This document shows, piece after piece, positions 9,726-19,412 of a DNA stretch of 64,000 nt (its first letter is position 1; each line of letters starts with the position of its first letter). The stretch comes from Myxococcota bacterium (GTDB lineage: Bacteria > Myxococcota_A > UBA9160 > UBA4427), in the NCBI GenBank assembly GCA_965250285.1, contig OZ252299.1:4224001-4288000 (forward strand). The letters are read 5' to 3'. The notes under the pieces are model-generated. The model was not told the DNA's origin. It made no database searches and was given only the letters and a program-made list of their open reading frames with translations. The translations under genes were made by a program, and so were the position numbers.

Positions 9726-10667
9726 CTATTCGGCGGCGCGGGGACGAAAGTACAGGTTGATCTTGTCGACCTTCAGGTACTTCTCGATCGGTTCGTAGCC
9801 GTTGGCCTCGAAGTAGGCGCGCACAGCGTCATACTGGCGCGTCTCGATACAGACGAGATCGGGGCGGAAGCGCTTGATGTCGAAGCCCGCGAGGGCGCCG
9901 AGCTCGGCGCCCTCGATGTCGATCGAAAGGAAGTCGACCTTCTCGATGCCCTGCTCATCGAAGATGCTGTCGAGCGTCGACGTCTCGACCTCGATCGTCT
10001 TCTTGACGCCGCCGACCCAGCCCTCGATGACCTCTTTGTCGAGACTCGCGAAGACGCCTGAGACGTGCAGTTCGAGCACCTCGCCGTCCTTGTCCGACAC
10101 CGCCGCGTGCACGAACGTCGCGTCGGGGCGCTCGCGCGCCCAGGCCTTGCCGTAGTGCTCCATGACGTCGACGGCGACGCCCGTCCAACCGAGGCGCTTC
10201 TCGAGGTAGTACGTCGTGCTGCCTTTGTTCGGCAGATACGCGCCGATATCGGCGAAGACGCCCCCTTCGCGATCGCCGAAGAAGTCACGAATCACCAACT
10301 CTTCGAAGCCTTGTGACGAAACCGGCTCGGCGTCGGCCAGCTCGGGCGACAGCACATCGCGAAAGTCGAGATCGGGGCGCACCGAGTTCGGCATCAGGGT
10401 GAAGAACTCGGTGCGGTTCGCGTAGAGCGCCTTCTGCTCGTCGGTGAGCGGGTCGAATCGCAGCTCGGTCCCCGAATCCGGCGCGGGGTCGGCCGTCGCG
10501 TCGACGCCGGCGACCTCTTCGGTGACCACCGTCGCCGCCGGCTCGACCGGGGGCGATCCATCGGTTGCCGTCGAGCCGCTCTGTGGCTCGCAGGCAACCA
10601 GAAACAACGGGAGCAGCGCAAGCACGGCCGGCTGGAGGGTGGATCGAATGAACTCGAAGATCGGCAT
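9726..10667 (-). CDS. FkbM-family SAM-dependent methyltransferase with lipoprotein-like N-terminus
   Basis: SQGFEE, FADIGA, STTYYLEKRLGWTGVAVD, DFLSIDIEGAE; LFLVA-C lipobox-like segment. Confidence 0.8.
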   Translation of the reverse strand: MPIFEFIRSTLQPAVLALLPLFLVACEPQSGSTATDGSPPVEPAATVVTEEVAGVDATADPAPDSGTELRFDPLTDEQKALYANRTEFFTLMPNSVRPDLDFRDVLSPELADAEPVSSQGFEELVIRDFFGDREGGVFADIGAYLPNKGSTTYYLEKRLGWTGVAVDVMEHYGKAWARERPDATFVHAAVSDKDGEVLELHVSGVFASLDKEVIEGWVGGVKKTIEVETSTLDSIFDEQGIEKVDFLSIDIEGAELGALAGFDIKRFRPDLVCIETRQYDAVRAYFEANGYEPIEKYLKVDKINLYFRPRAAE

Positions 10668-10803
10668 CCGCTGATTGTACAAGGCCTCGCGATCACGGGC
10701 CGCGATCGAGGCGGGGTCGAACGGTCCGTGCGCGCCGCCGGCAATGTGCGAGCTTCTTGCGCATGACGGCTTCCACGCGACGCGCCGTTCGGCTGATCCC
10801 GCG

Positions 10804-12180
10804 ATGAGCGAACCGGATCCTGGCGCTCCGAGCCTGCACCGCTACATCGGGCTTCGCTCCGCCATTGCCCTCGTCATCGCGAACGTGATCGGGGCCGGCA
10901 TCTTCACCACGACCGGTTTTCAGGCCGCTGATCTGGGCCACCCCGGCTACATCTTTGCGCTGTGGATCGTCGGCGGCGTGCTCGCGCTCTGCGGGGCGCT
11001 CTGTTACGCCGAGCTGGGCGCCGCCACGCCGGGCGCCGGCGGCGAGTACGTCTACCTGAGGGACACCTACGGCGGCGCGTTTGGCTTCATGAGCGCCATC
11101 GTCTCGCTGATCGCGGGCTTCTCGGCGCCGATCGCCGCCGCCGCCAAGGCCGTCGTGCGATACCTCGTGCACTTCTTCCCTGCGCTCGACGACGCCGGCA
11201 CAGGCGCGATCGGCATCACAACGGCCGACGTCGTGGCCCTGGTCCTCGTCTGGACGCTGATCGCCGCGCAACTTCGGGGCGCGCGGGCGGGGATGAAGCT
11301 CGGCGACTGGCTGACCGTCTTCAAGGTCGTCGGTCTCGTCGGCATCATCGTCGCAGCGGTGGCTGTGGGCCGCGGCAGCCTCTCGAACCTCACCGAGATC
11401 GGCGCGGTCTACGAAGGCCTCGGCGCGACGGCGAAGTACGAGGCGCTCGGCACGTCGCTCGTGTTCGTCATGTTCTGCTACTCGGGCTGGAACGCGTCGG
11501 CCTACGTCGCCAGCGAGTTCGAGAACCCCCAGCGCGATCTGCCCCGCGGCCTGCTCCTCGGCACCGGCTTCGTCGTGCTGCTGTACCTCGCGATCAACGC
11601 CGTCTACTTCTACGGCGCGCCGGTCGATGAACTCGCGGGTAAGGTCGAGGTCGGCCTGGTGGCGGCCCGTGCCCTCTTTGGCGGCGCGGGCACGAATGTG
11701 GTGGTGATCGTCCTGCTCGTCTCGCTGGTGGCATCGGCGTCGGCCATGACGATCGCGGGTCCCCGCGTCTACTACGCGCTCGGCAGCGACTATCCGTTCT
11801 TCGGCTTCCTCGCGCGCACCAACCCTCGCACGGGTGCGCCGGTGACGGCCCTCCTCGTTCAAGGCGTCGTCACCTCGGCGATCCTGCTGCTCGGGCGAGT
11901 CGATCAGATCCAGCAGTACTCGGGCTTCACGCTCAGTGTCTTCGCGAGCCTCGCGGTGTCGTGCGTCATCGTGCAGCGCGTCCGCAGACCCGAGCTGCCG
12001 CGACCGTTTCGCGTCTTCGCATACCCGTTGACGCCGTTGCTCTTTCTGAGCGTCTCGATCTGGATGATGTACTGGGCGTTGCGCGGACGTCCGCTCGAGT
12101 CGCTGCTCGGCATGGCCACGGTCGCCTTCGGCGGTCTGCTGTTCTTCGCCACGAACCGTCGCGGGGCCGATCGCGCGTAG
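10804..12180 (+). CDS. APC-family amino acid permease
   Basis: IGAGIF, YAELGA..PGAGGEYVYL, YSGWN, PRPFRV; about 12 TM segments. Confidence 0.9.
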   Translation: MSEPDPGAPSLHRYIGLRSAIALVIANVIGAGIFTTTGFQAADLGHPGYIFALWIVGGVLALCGALCYAELGAATPGAGGEYVYLRDTYGGAFGFMSAIVSLIAGFSAPIAAAAKAVVRYLVHFFPALDDAGTGAIGITTADVVALVLVWTLIAAQLRGARAGMKLGDWLTVFKVVGLVGIIVAAVAVGRGSLSNLTEIGAVYEGLGATAKYEALGTSLVFVMFCYSGWNASAYVASEFENPQRDLPRGLLLGTGFVVLLYLAINAVYFYGAPVDELAGKVEVGLVAARALFGGAGTNVVVIVLLVSLVASASAMTIAGPRVYYALGSDYPFFGFLARTNPRTGAPVTALLVQGVVTSAILLLGRVDQIQQYSGFTLSVFASLAVSCVIVQRVRRPELPRPFRVFAYPLTPLLFLSVSIWMMYWALRGRPLESLLGMATVAFGGLLFFATNRRGADRA

Positions 12181-12213
12181 CCGCAGCGTGGGAGCGCAGC
12201 GCCGGTCGCGCCC

Positions 12214-14217
12214 TCAGAGCGGCTCGGCGCGCGCCTTCTCCTCGTACCATCCCTGCAGTACGTCGAACGCCATCTTGCGGTCGCCGTCGTCCGACACGAG
12301 GCCCTTGAGATTGCGGTAGTCCTGTACGCCCTGGTACATGCGCAACGGCGCTCTGAAATCCTTGAGGATCCAGGGCGATACCCCGGCCAACCCCTGCTGG
12401 TTCTCGAAGAACTCGAGCTGCTTCTCGTAGACGAGCGCCTGGTATTCCTCACTGAAGACGGCGAGGTCCTCGGCGTCGGCGCGCAGGCCCTGCTTGGCGC
12501 CCGCTCCGGTCTCGCTGATCACGAAGGGCTTGCTGCCGGGGTGCCCGATGCGGATGCGGTCGATGTGGTCGAGCATCACGCGCCGCGCGTGGTGACTGCT
12601 GAAGGGCGTGACCGCAGCCAGGCCACCCGAGTAGTACCAGCCGAAGTACTCGTTCAACGCCGGAACGTCCACCGTGTCATAGAGCGGGTCGTGCACCGGG
12701 TACACCCACTCGTCGCGCTCGATCCCGACCAGCGCCGGCAGATACGAGGAGAGGAAGAACTCGGCCAGCTCGCGCGGGTCGGTGATGAGCGCAGCCGTGA
12801 CGAGCCGGGTGTCATCGAGGCCGCGTACGTGATCGGCCATCGCGCCGAGAAATCGGTTGCGCGCCTCTCCCTCAGGCGTCTCGTTCGCGATGCTCCAGAG
12901 CACGACCGAAGCACGGTTCTGATCGCGTTCGATCATTTCGCGCATCTGTTGCTTTGCGATGGCGAGGGTGTCGTCGTTCTCGAAGTCGACGGCCCAGTAG
13001 ACGGGGATCTCGGCCCACACGAGCAGCCCGAGCTCGTCGGCCAGCCGCGTCATGTGCTGGGGATGCGTGTAGTGCGCGAGGCGCACGAAGTTGCAGCCCA
13101 GATCGCGGGCATGGGCGAGCAGCTCGTCCGCCTGCTCGGCGTCGTGCACACGGCCCTCGCCATGCAGCGCCTCGTCGTGGATCGAGATGCCGCGCAGAAA
13201 GATGGGCTCGCCGTTCAGCCAGATCTCGTCGCCGCGGGTCTCGACGGTCCGAAAGCCGATGCGATCGGCGACGACGTCGCGCCAGCGCTCGGTCGCGGCC
13301 TCGACGACGTAGAGCCGCGGTGTGTCGGGTGACCAGCGCTCGGGGGCCGAGGCGACCCGCACCTCGCCGCGGCCTTCTTCGTCGGTCTCGATGCCGACGT
13401 CGATGCCGAGCTCGCGGATGCGCAGTCGCGCGCCGGCGCCACGCTCGGGCCCGGCGAGCTTCACCCGGGCCCGGATCTCGCTCGGATCGGCGGGATCGAG
13501 ACCGACCTCGAACGACTCGACGTGCGTCTCGGGCACGTCGATGATGAGCACATCGCGCGTGATGCCGCCGTAGTTGAGCCAGTCGGTCATCGGCGTCGGC
13601 ACGTCTTCGTCGCGCATCCGATTGTCGACGCGCACGACGAGCAGATTCTCGCCGTCGCGCAGCCGGTCGGTCACGTCCCAGTTGAACGGAGTGAACCCTC
13701 CGACGTGGCGGCCGACCAGCTCGCCGTTCAGGTACACCGCCGCTTCGTAGTTCGCGGCACCGAACCACAAGAAGCTGCGATCGCCGGGCGGCGTCTCGTG
13801 CGTGAACGTGGTCTTGTACCAGACGATGCCCTGGTAGAAGACGAGTCGGGGATCCTGGCTGTTCCAATCGCCGGGCACGTCGAGCTCGAGACCGTTCTCG
13901 AACGAGAACTCGGCGAGGTCGCTGGGCGTCGCCGGCTCCATCGCCCGGGGCGCGATGCCAGCCAGATCGCCGCGCCCGTACGGATCGATGACCGCCTGCC
14001 AGCGGCCGCCGAGGCTGACGTGATCGCGTGCGTAGACGTCCTGGATCGTCGGGTCGCCGCTGTGGGCGCTGCGCTCACCGATCGAGCGCTGGTGGTCGAC
14101 GATCTCCTTCATCTCGTTCGGCCAATCGCCGAACCAGACCCAGCCCGTGAACGCGAGCATCGCTGCCCCGAGCACGAAGAGGACACCACCGAGCAGGAGG
14201 AACACCGCGCTCTTCAT
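12214..14217 (-). CDS. Glycoside hydrolase family 2, beta-glucuronidase-like, N-terminally membrane-anchored
   Basis: HVGGFTPF, DWLNYGGITRDV, RLAHY, WSIANE (acid/base), ISETGA (nucleophile), NLKG (NxKG uronidase motif). Confidence 0.88.
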   Translation of the reverse strand: MKSAVFLLLGGVLFVLGAAMLAFTGWVWFGDWPNEMKEIVDHQRSIGERSAHSGDPTIQDVYARDHVSLGGRWQAVIDPYGRGDLAGIAPRAMEPATPSDLAEFSFENGLELDVPGDWNSQDPRLVFYQGIVWYKTTFTHETPPGDRSFLWFGAANYEAAVYLNGELVGRHVGGFTPFNWDVTDRLRDGENLLVVRVDNRMRDEDVPTPMTDWLNYGGITRDVLIIDVPETHVESFEVGLDPADPSEIRARVKLAGPERGAGARLRIRELGIDVGIETDEEGRGEVRVASAPERWSPDTPRLYVVEAATERWRDVVADRIGFRTVETRGDEIWLNGEPIFLRGISIHDEALHGEGRVHDAEQADELLAHARDLGCNFVRLAHYTHPQHMTRLADELGLLVWAEIPVYWAVDFENDDTLAIAKQQMREMIERDQNRASVVLWSIANETPEGEARNRFLGAMADHVRGLDDTRLVTAALITDPRELAEFFLSSYLPALVGIERDEWVYPVHDPLYDTVDVPALNEYFGWYYSGGLAAVTPFSSHHARRVMLDHIDRIRIGHPGSKPFVISETGAGAKQGLRADAEDLAVFSEEYQALVYEKQLEFFENQQGLAGVSPWILKDFRAPLRMYQGVQDYRNLKGLVSDDGDRKMAFDVLQGWYEEKARAEPL

Positions 14218-14241
14218 CTGGACTCCGTCGAGACGCCCGTC

Positions 14242-14652
14242 TCACGCCTTCGGCGCGAGCACCATCTGCGTCTGGGTGACCAGCGCAACGAGCTTGCCGT
14301 CGTCGCGCTCGATGCGGGTCTGAAACACGATGGTCGAGCGACCCACGTGCAGCGGCGTCGCCACCGCGACGACCTTGCCGCCTTCGACCCCGGCCGAGAA
14401 GAAGTTGGTCTTCGATTCGAGGGTCGTCGTCCCGTGCCCGGGCGGCAGATTCAGGAACGCGCCGAAGGCGCCCAGCGAATCGGCGATGCCCATGAGCGCG
14501 CCGCCGTGCATTCGGCCTGGGAGCGTGCAGAGATCACGCGTCACCTCGATCTCGGCGCGCAGCTCGTCCTTCGACGCATCGAGCATGCGAATGCCGAGCT
14601 TCTCGGGGAAGAAGCCCTTCATCGCATTCTGCACATCATCGGCCGTCGCCAT
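14242..14652 (-). CDS. PaaI-family thioesterase (hotdog fold)
   Basis: MHGGALMGIAD, TTTLESKTNFF, HVGRST. Confidence 0.88.
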   Translation of the reverse strand: MATADDVQNAMKGFFPEKLGIRMLDASKDELRAEIEVTRDLCTLPGRMHGGALMGIADSLGAFGAFLNLPPGHGTTTLESKTNFFSAGVEGGKVVAVATPLHVGRSTIVFQTRIERDDGKLVALVTQTQMVLAPKA

Positions 14653-14657
14653 CGGCG

Positions 14658-15518
14658 TCACCCCTCCCGCTCGGCATCGAGCTTCTCCCACACCATGTCG
14701 GGCTCGACGTCGACGCCCAGTAGCGTGCGGGGGTGTTTGCGATCGACGTGCCCCATCACGTTGCGGTAGATCGAGTAGCCGATCAGCTCTTGGAGTCGCG
14801 CGGGGTAGCCCGCGACGACCTCGGGCGACGTGCCGAGCATCAGGTTCTGCTGCTGACGGCACCACCCGGCGACGAACTGGATCGAGAGACCGAAGCGCTC
14901 CTCCTGCTCGGTCGAGTTGGTCCCGCCCCCGTGCCACGTCGATCCGTGCAGCACGACGGCGCTGCCCGCCGGCATCTCGACCGGAATCGCCTCGTGCCGG
15001 TCACCCGGCTTCGGCATCGACTCGAAGCGATGCGAGCCGGGCACGACCAGCGTCGCGCCGTTCTCGGCGGTGAACGGCGAGAGCGCCCACAAGGTCGTCA
15101 CGAGCGTGGCGGGATGCGGCCGCGGCAGCGAGATCATCCCGTCGTCGGCGTGCAGCAGCTGCGCCGTCTCACCGGGCCACAGGTGCATCGACGTCGTGCC
15201 CGAGAGCAGATAGCCCTCGCCCAGGATCGCCTCGACGATCTCGTCCATTCGGTCGTGCAGCACCAGATCGCGGAACGCTTCGCTGCGCGAGATCAAATTG
15301 AAGATGCGACGGGTTCGAAAGCCCTCGAAGTCGTTTTGACCGAATGCCACGTCGTGCTCGCGCTCGACCCGGCGCACCTCGTCGATCAGCGCGGCACAGG
15401 CCTGCGAATCGAGGAGCCCCGTGACCACGGCGAAGCCGCGGGCCTCGACCGCCTCGGCGACGCCGGCGCCGAGGCCAGCGCCCCCGGCCGGCAGCGGATT
15501 ACCCAGTTCGGTCGACAT
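14658..15518 (-). CDS. Phytanoyl-CoA dioxygenase (PhyH) family 2OG/Fe(II) oxygenase
   Basis: PGETAQLLHAD (HxD), NGATLVVPGSH, WHGGG, RQQQN. Confidence 0.88.
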   Translation of the reverse strand: MSTELGNPLPAGGAGLGAGVAEAVEARGFAVVTGLLDSQACAALIDEVRRVEREHDVAFGQNDFEGFRTRRIFNLISRSEAFRDLVLHDRMDEIVEAILGEGYLLSGTTSMHLWPGETAQLLHADDGMISLPRPHPATLVTTLWALSPFTAENGATLVVPGSHRFESMPKPGDRHEAIPVEMPAGSAVVLHGSTWHGGGTNSTEQEERFGLSIQFVAGWCRQQQNLMLGTSPEVVAGYPARLQELIGYSIYRNVMGHVDRKHPRTLLGVDVEPDMVWEKLDAEREG

Positions 15519-15535
15519 TCGCTAAGGCTAGCCCC

Positions 15536-16345
15536 ATGCCCCCCTCCTCGTCAGACACGCACCGCGACGAGACGCTGCTCGACAATGCGGTGTGGCACGC
15601 CCTCAAGGGCCCGCTGGCCCGCTGCGCCGACACCGCGTCGACGCCGACGGCCGTGCGCTTCGATCCCGAGATCAACCTCTTCGCCGCCGCAGAGCGCGCG
15701 GATGACGCAGGCTGGGCGAGCCTGGCCGAGATGGTGGGCATCGGCGGCTTCGCCGTGCTCTTCCGCGATGCGATCGCGCCGCCGCCGGCCGGCTGGCAGG
15801 AGCACTACCGAACGAGCTGCTTCCAGATGGTCGCCGGCGAGCTGCCGGCGCGACCGGCGCTCGACTGCACCACGCTCGGCCCGCGCGACGCGGCCGAGAT
15901 GCTCGAGCTGGCGCAGCTGACCGAGCCCGGCCCCTTCTTCATTCGCACTGGCGAGCAGGGCCGCTACGTCGGTGTCCGGCGCGCCGGTCGACTCGTGGCC
16001 ATGGCGGGCGAGCGCTTTCGCGTGCCCGGCTATGTCGAGGTCAGCGCCGTCTGCACGCACCCCGACACGCGCGGTGAGGGCCTCGGCGGCGCGCTCACCC
16101 TCGAGATCGCGCACGGCATTCGTGCGCGCGGCGACGAGGCCTTCCTGCATCTGCTCGACACCAACGAGACCGCGCACCGCCTGTACCTGAAGCTCGGCTT
16201 CCACGATCGGCGCATGACCGAGGTCGTCGCCGCGCAGTGGCACGACGACGGGCTCCCTTGCGACACCGAACGCGAGGCGGGAGACGAGGCGGCGATCGGT
16301 GCGCTGCCCCACCCGGGCGGCCCCGACCGTGAGAAGACCGGGTGA
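15536..16345 (+). CDS. GNAT acetyltransferase (FR47-like)
   Basis: LDNAVWHAL, MAGER, EVSAVCTHPDTRGEG, LYLKLGF. Confidence 0.88.
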   Translation: MPPSSSDTHRDETLLDNAVWHALKGPLARCADTASTPTAVRFDPEINLFAAAERADDAGWASLAEMVGIGGFAVLFRDAIAPPPAGWQEHYRTSCFQMVAGELPARPALDCTTLGPRDAAEMLELAQLTEPGPFFIRTGEQGRYVGVRRAGRLVAMAGERFRVPGYVEVSAVCTHPDTRGEGLGGALTLEIAHGIRARGDEAFLHLLDTNETAHRLYLKLGFHDRRMTEVVAAQWHDDGLPCDTEREAGDEAAIGALPHPGGPDREKTG

Positions 16346-16812
16346 GACCCGTGTCGCTCGTGGTCGGCGGGTTCCTCGCCGCCGTCCTCTGGTTCGACCT
16401 GATGTTCGACGTGCAGGTGTTCGGCCAGCCTCCGGGCCCGCTCGACGCAGCGGTGCTCGACTCGATCGCGAGCTACTACCAGCGCGTCGTGATCGACGCG
16501 TCACCGATGGGCCGACTCGTCGGGCTCATGATGGGGATCGGCTGGCTCAGCGTCGGCTTCCAGCTGCGACGCCGCGAGCTCGTCGGCGCAACCGGGTGGA
16601 CGACGGCCGCGCTGCTCTTCGCGCCGACGACGCTCGCTGCTCTGCGCGTCGTCCCCAACGCGGCCCGCCTCGCCGGGCGCGCCGACGCGGTCGAGGTGCA
16701 GAGCGAGCTCGCGCGCACGATCGCCTGGGATCATGTCGTGTGCCTCGGCGCGATTGTCGCATTCGTCGCGCTGCAGCTCTGGACGGGCCGCGCCCCGGCG
16801 CGCGCACGTTGA
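16342..16812 (+). CDS. Hypothetical 4-TM membrane protein
   Basis: GTGA overlap with the GNAT stop; four hydrophobic segments; GFLAAVLWFDLMFDVQV. Confidence 0.7.
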   Translation: MRPVSLVVGGFLAAVLWFDLMFDVQVFGQPPGPLDAAVLDSIASYYQRVVIDASPMGRLVGLMMGIGWLSVGFQLRRRELVGATGWTTAALLFAPTTLAALRVVPNAARLAGRADAVEVQSELARTIAWDHVVCLGAIVAFVALQLWTGRAPARAR

Positions 16813-16920
16813 GATCGAGATCACCGACCGCGTCGCGAAAGCGTGCCGCTGAGATCATCACCCCCGGCCGCGCCCCGGCGCGCGCACACTGAGATCAGCC
16901 CCACCCGGTCGCGCCCCGGC
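16786..16920. repeat. Degenerate tandem repeat, 40-bp period, about 3.5 units
   Basis: TGAGATC at 16810, 16850 and 16890; GGCCGCGCCCCGGCGCGCGCAC exact at 16786 and 16866; partial fourth unit at about 16907. Confidence 0.75.
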
Positions 16921-16930
16921 AGCGGGCCTC

Positions 16931-16972
16931 GAAACGACGAAGGGCGCCCCGGCTCGCACCGGGACGCCCCTC
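16931..16972 (-). terminator. Probable intrinsic terminator of hppA
   Basis: Minus-strand 14-bp stem GAGGGGCGTCCCGG/CCGGGGCGCCCTTC with G-U pairs, followed by GTCGTTTC, 20 nt after the hppA stop. Confidence 0.6.
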
Positions 16973-16992
16973 GATTCGACGCAGGCTCGTGC

Positions 16993-19092
16993 TCAGAGCG
17001 TGGCGATCAGCGGCGCCACGAGCAGCGAGACGACGCTCATCACCTTGATCAGGATCGAGACGCCGGGGCCCGACGTGTCCTTGAAGGGATCACCCACCGT
17101 GTCGCCGATGACGGCCGCCTTGTGCGCATCGGAACCCTTCGCATGGCCCTCGAGGCCGCCGGCCTCGATGTGCTTCTTGGCGTTGTCCCAGGCGCCACCT
17201 GCGTTCGCCATGAAGAGCGAGAGCGAAGCGCCCACCGCCACGGCGCCCGCGAGCAGACCAGCCAGCGCCTCGGCACCGAGCACGAAGCCGGTCAGCACCG
17301 GCGCGATGATGGCGACGCAGCCGGGCAGCACCATCTGGCGTAGCGCGGCGAGGGTCGCGATGTCGACGATGACCTTGCCCTCGGGCTCGGCGTTGCCCTC
17401 GCGCAGACCGGGGATCTCGTTGAACTGGCGGATGATCTCCTGGATGATCGCCTGGGCCGCCTTGCCCACCGCGATCATGGTCGACGCGCCCACCGCGTAG
17501 GGCAGACACGCGCCGATCAGGATGCCGACGAGGATGCGCGCGTCATCGAGGCGGGCGTCCATCGGTGCGATGCCCGCGGCCTCGCGCACGTGGTTCACCT
17601 CGAGGATGAACGCGCCGAAGAGCGAAAGCACGGTGAGGGTCGCCGAGCCGATGGCGTAGCCCTTGCCGATGGCCGCCGTCGTGTTGCCGACCGCGTCGAG
17701 CTCATCGGTGATCGCCCGCACCTCGGGGCCGAGCTCGCTCATCTCGCTGATGCCGCCCGCGTTGTCCGCGATCGGTCCGTAGGCGTCGACGGTCATCACG
17801 ATTGCGGTGCCGGCGAGCATGCCGACGGCGCCGAGGGCGATGCCGTAGAGGCCCATGCCCTCGGGCATGACCATGTTGCAGACGAAGCCGATCACGGCGA
17901 CGACGGCGAGGGACGCCACCGTGCTCTCCATGCCGACGGCGAGGCCCGAGATGATGCCCGTGCCGGCGCCGGTGGTGTTGGCGTCGGCCACGCGCTCGAT
18001 CGGGCCCCAAGCAGTGTAGTACTCGGTGATCAGGCCGATGGCCGCGCCGCCGATGGCGCCGGCGGCGATGGCGGCCGTCACGACCTGCGAGACGCCGAGC
18101 ATCGGCATGATGATCGCCGACACGACTGTGATGATGAGACTCGGCACGACCAGCGCGGCGCGCAGCACGACCGAGGGCGCGCTGTTCTTGAGCGCGCGTG
18201 CGATGAAGATGCAGACGATCGAGACGGCGAGACCCACGCCGGCGAGGAACACCGGCAGGGTCACGGCGAGGAACTTCGCCTCGTCGGCCGTCTGGCCGCC
18301 CGTGAAGAGGCTCTCGATGTGCGAGGTGTTCGCGGTCAGGCCGATGGCCATGGCCGCGACGATCGCCGCGACGAGAGATTCGTAGATGTCGGCGCCCATG
18401 CCCGCCACGTCGCCGACGTTGTCACCCACGTTGTCGGCGATGCCGCCGGGGTTGCGCGGATCGTCCTCGGGGATGCCCTCGACGACCTTCCCCGCGATGT
18501 CCGAGCCGACGTCCGCGGCCTTGGTGTAGATACCACCGCCGATGCGCGCGAAGAGCGCGATCGACGACGCACCCACCGCGAAGCTGTGGAGGATCGTCGC
18601 GAGGTGCGGATCGTCGATGAAGACGTAGTAGAGGCCGCCGAGGCCGAGCAGCGCACCGGCCGCCACGAAGAGGCCCATCACGGCGCCGCCGTCGAGGGCG
18701 GTGAGCAGCGCGTTCGGCTTCGAGCCCTCGCGCGCCGCCTGGCTGGTGCGCACGTTCGCGTACGTCGCGGCCTTCATGCCGACGAAGCCCGCGAGTAGCG
18801 AGAGGAAGGCGCCGAGCACGAAGCACAGGCCCGCCAGCAGGCCTGTGCCCTGAAGGCTCTGGAATGCGAAGAAGAGCGCGATGAAGACGGCGACGGTGTA
18901 GGCAGCGAGCACCTTGTACTCGCGCACGAGGAACGCCATCGCGCCCTCACGGATGTACTGACCGATCAGGTTCATCGTATCCGTGCCCTCGGGCAGGCCC
19001 TTGACACGGAAGTAGAAGAAGCCGGCCAACCCCAGCGCGGCAATGCTCGCGAGAATCGGCGCGAGCGTGAGTTGCGCGTTCAGATCACTCAT
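16993..19092 (-). CDS. hppA: Membrane-bound ion-translocating pyrophosphatase, K+-dependent (likely Na+-pumping)
   Basis: [64 protein letters not shown]. Confidence 0.96.
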   Translation of the reverse strand: MSDLNAQLTLAPILASIAALGLAGFFYFRVKGLPEGTDTMNLIGQYIREGAMAFLVREYKVLAAYTVAVFIALFFAFQSLQGTGLLAGLCFVLGAFLSLLAGFVGMKAATYANVRTSQAAREGSKPNALLTALDGGAVMGLFVAAGALLGLGGLYYVFIDDPHLATILHSFAVGASSIALFARIGGGIYTKAADVGSDIAGKVVEGIPEDDPRNPGGIADNVGDNVGDVAGMGADIYESLVAAIVAAMAIGLTANTSHIESLFTGGQTADEAKFLAVTLPVFLAGVGLAVSIVCIFIARALKNSAPSVVLRAALVVPSLIITVVSAIIMPMLGVSQVVTAAIAAGAIGGAAIGLITEYYTAWGPIERVADANTTGAGTGIISGLAVGMESTVASLAVVAVIGFVCNMVMPEGMGLYGIALGAVGMLAGTAIVMTVDAYGPIADNAGGISEMSELGPEVRAITDELDAVGNTTAAIGKGYAIGSATLTVLSLFGAFILEVNHVREAAGIAPMDARLDDARILVGILIGACLPYAVGASTMIAVGKAAQAIIQEIIRQFNEIPGLREGNAEPEGKVIVDIATLAALRQMVLPGCVAIIAPVLTGFVLGAEALAGLLAGAVAVGASLSLFMANAGGAWDNAKKHIEAGGLEGHAKGSDAHKAAVIGDTVGDPFKDTSGPGVSILIKVMSVVSLLVAPLIATL

Positions 19093-19217
19093 CGATCGTT
19101 CGTCCTGTCCAGCTGTGCCGCGACCGGCCCGTGCGTGGCCCGGATGCTTTCGGGCGACGCGGAGTCATGCAGCCGATTCGAGGCGTCGACACACCGACCG
19201 GGGGGCCCGGTGCGCGG

Positions 19218-19412
19218 TTGACTTGGCGCGTGAGCTCGCAGGGCGAGCCCGATGCGATTGATTTGGTGCACGAACTCACAACGCGAGCTCGATGCGATTG
19301 ACTTGGCGCGTGAGCTCGCGACTCGAGCTCGATGCATTCACATGGTGCGTGAGCCCGCGACGCGAACTCGATCTTGCCAGGATGTTCGAACTCACCGAGC
19401 GAGCTCGACCAT
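19218..19412. repeat. Degenerate tandem repeat, about 40-bp period, 5 units, each with a GAGCTCGC-N3-GCGAGCTC-like palindrome (REP-like)
   Basis: Units start at 19218, 19258, 19298, 19337 and 19374; TTGACTTGGCGCGTGAGCTCGC exact at 19218 and 19298; CGATGCGATTGA twice. Confidence 0.85.

Noticed and set aside
19218..19412. CRISPR array interpretation of the 40-bp repeats
   Set aside because: Units are contiguous and degenerate with no unique spacers, and there are no cas genes in the window.
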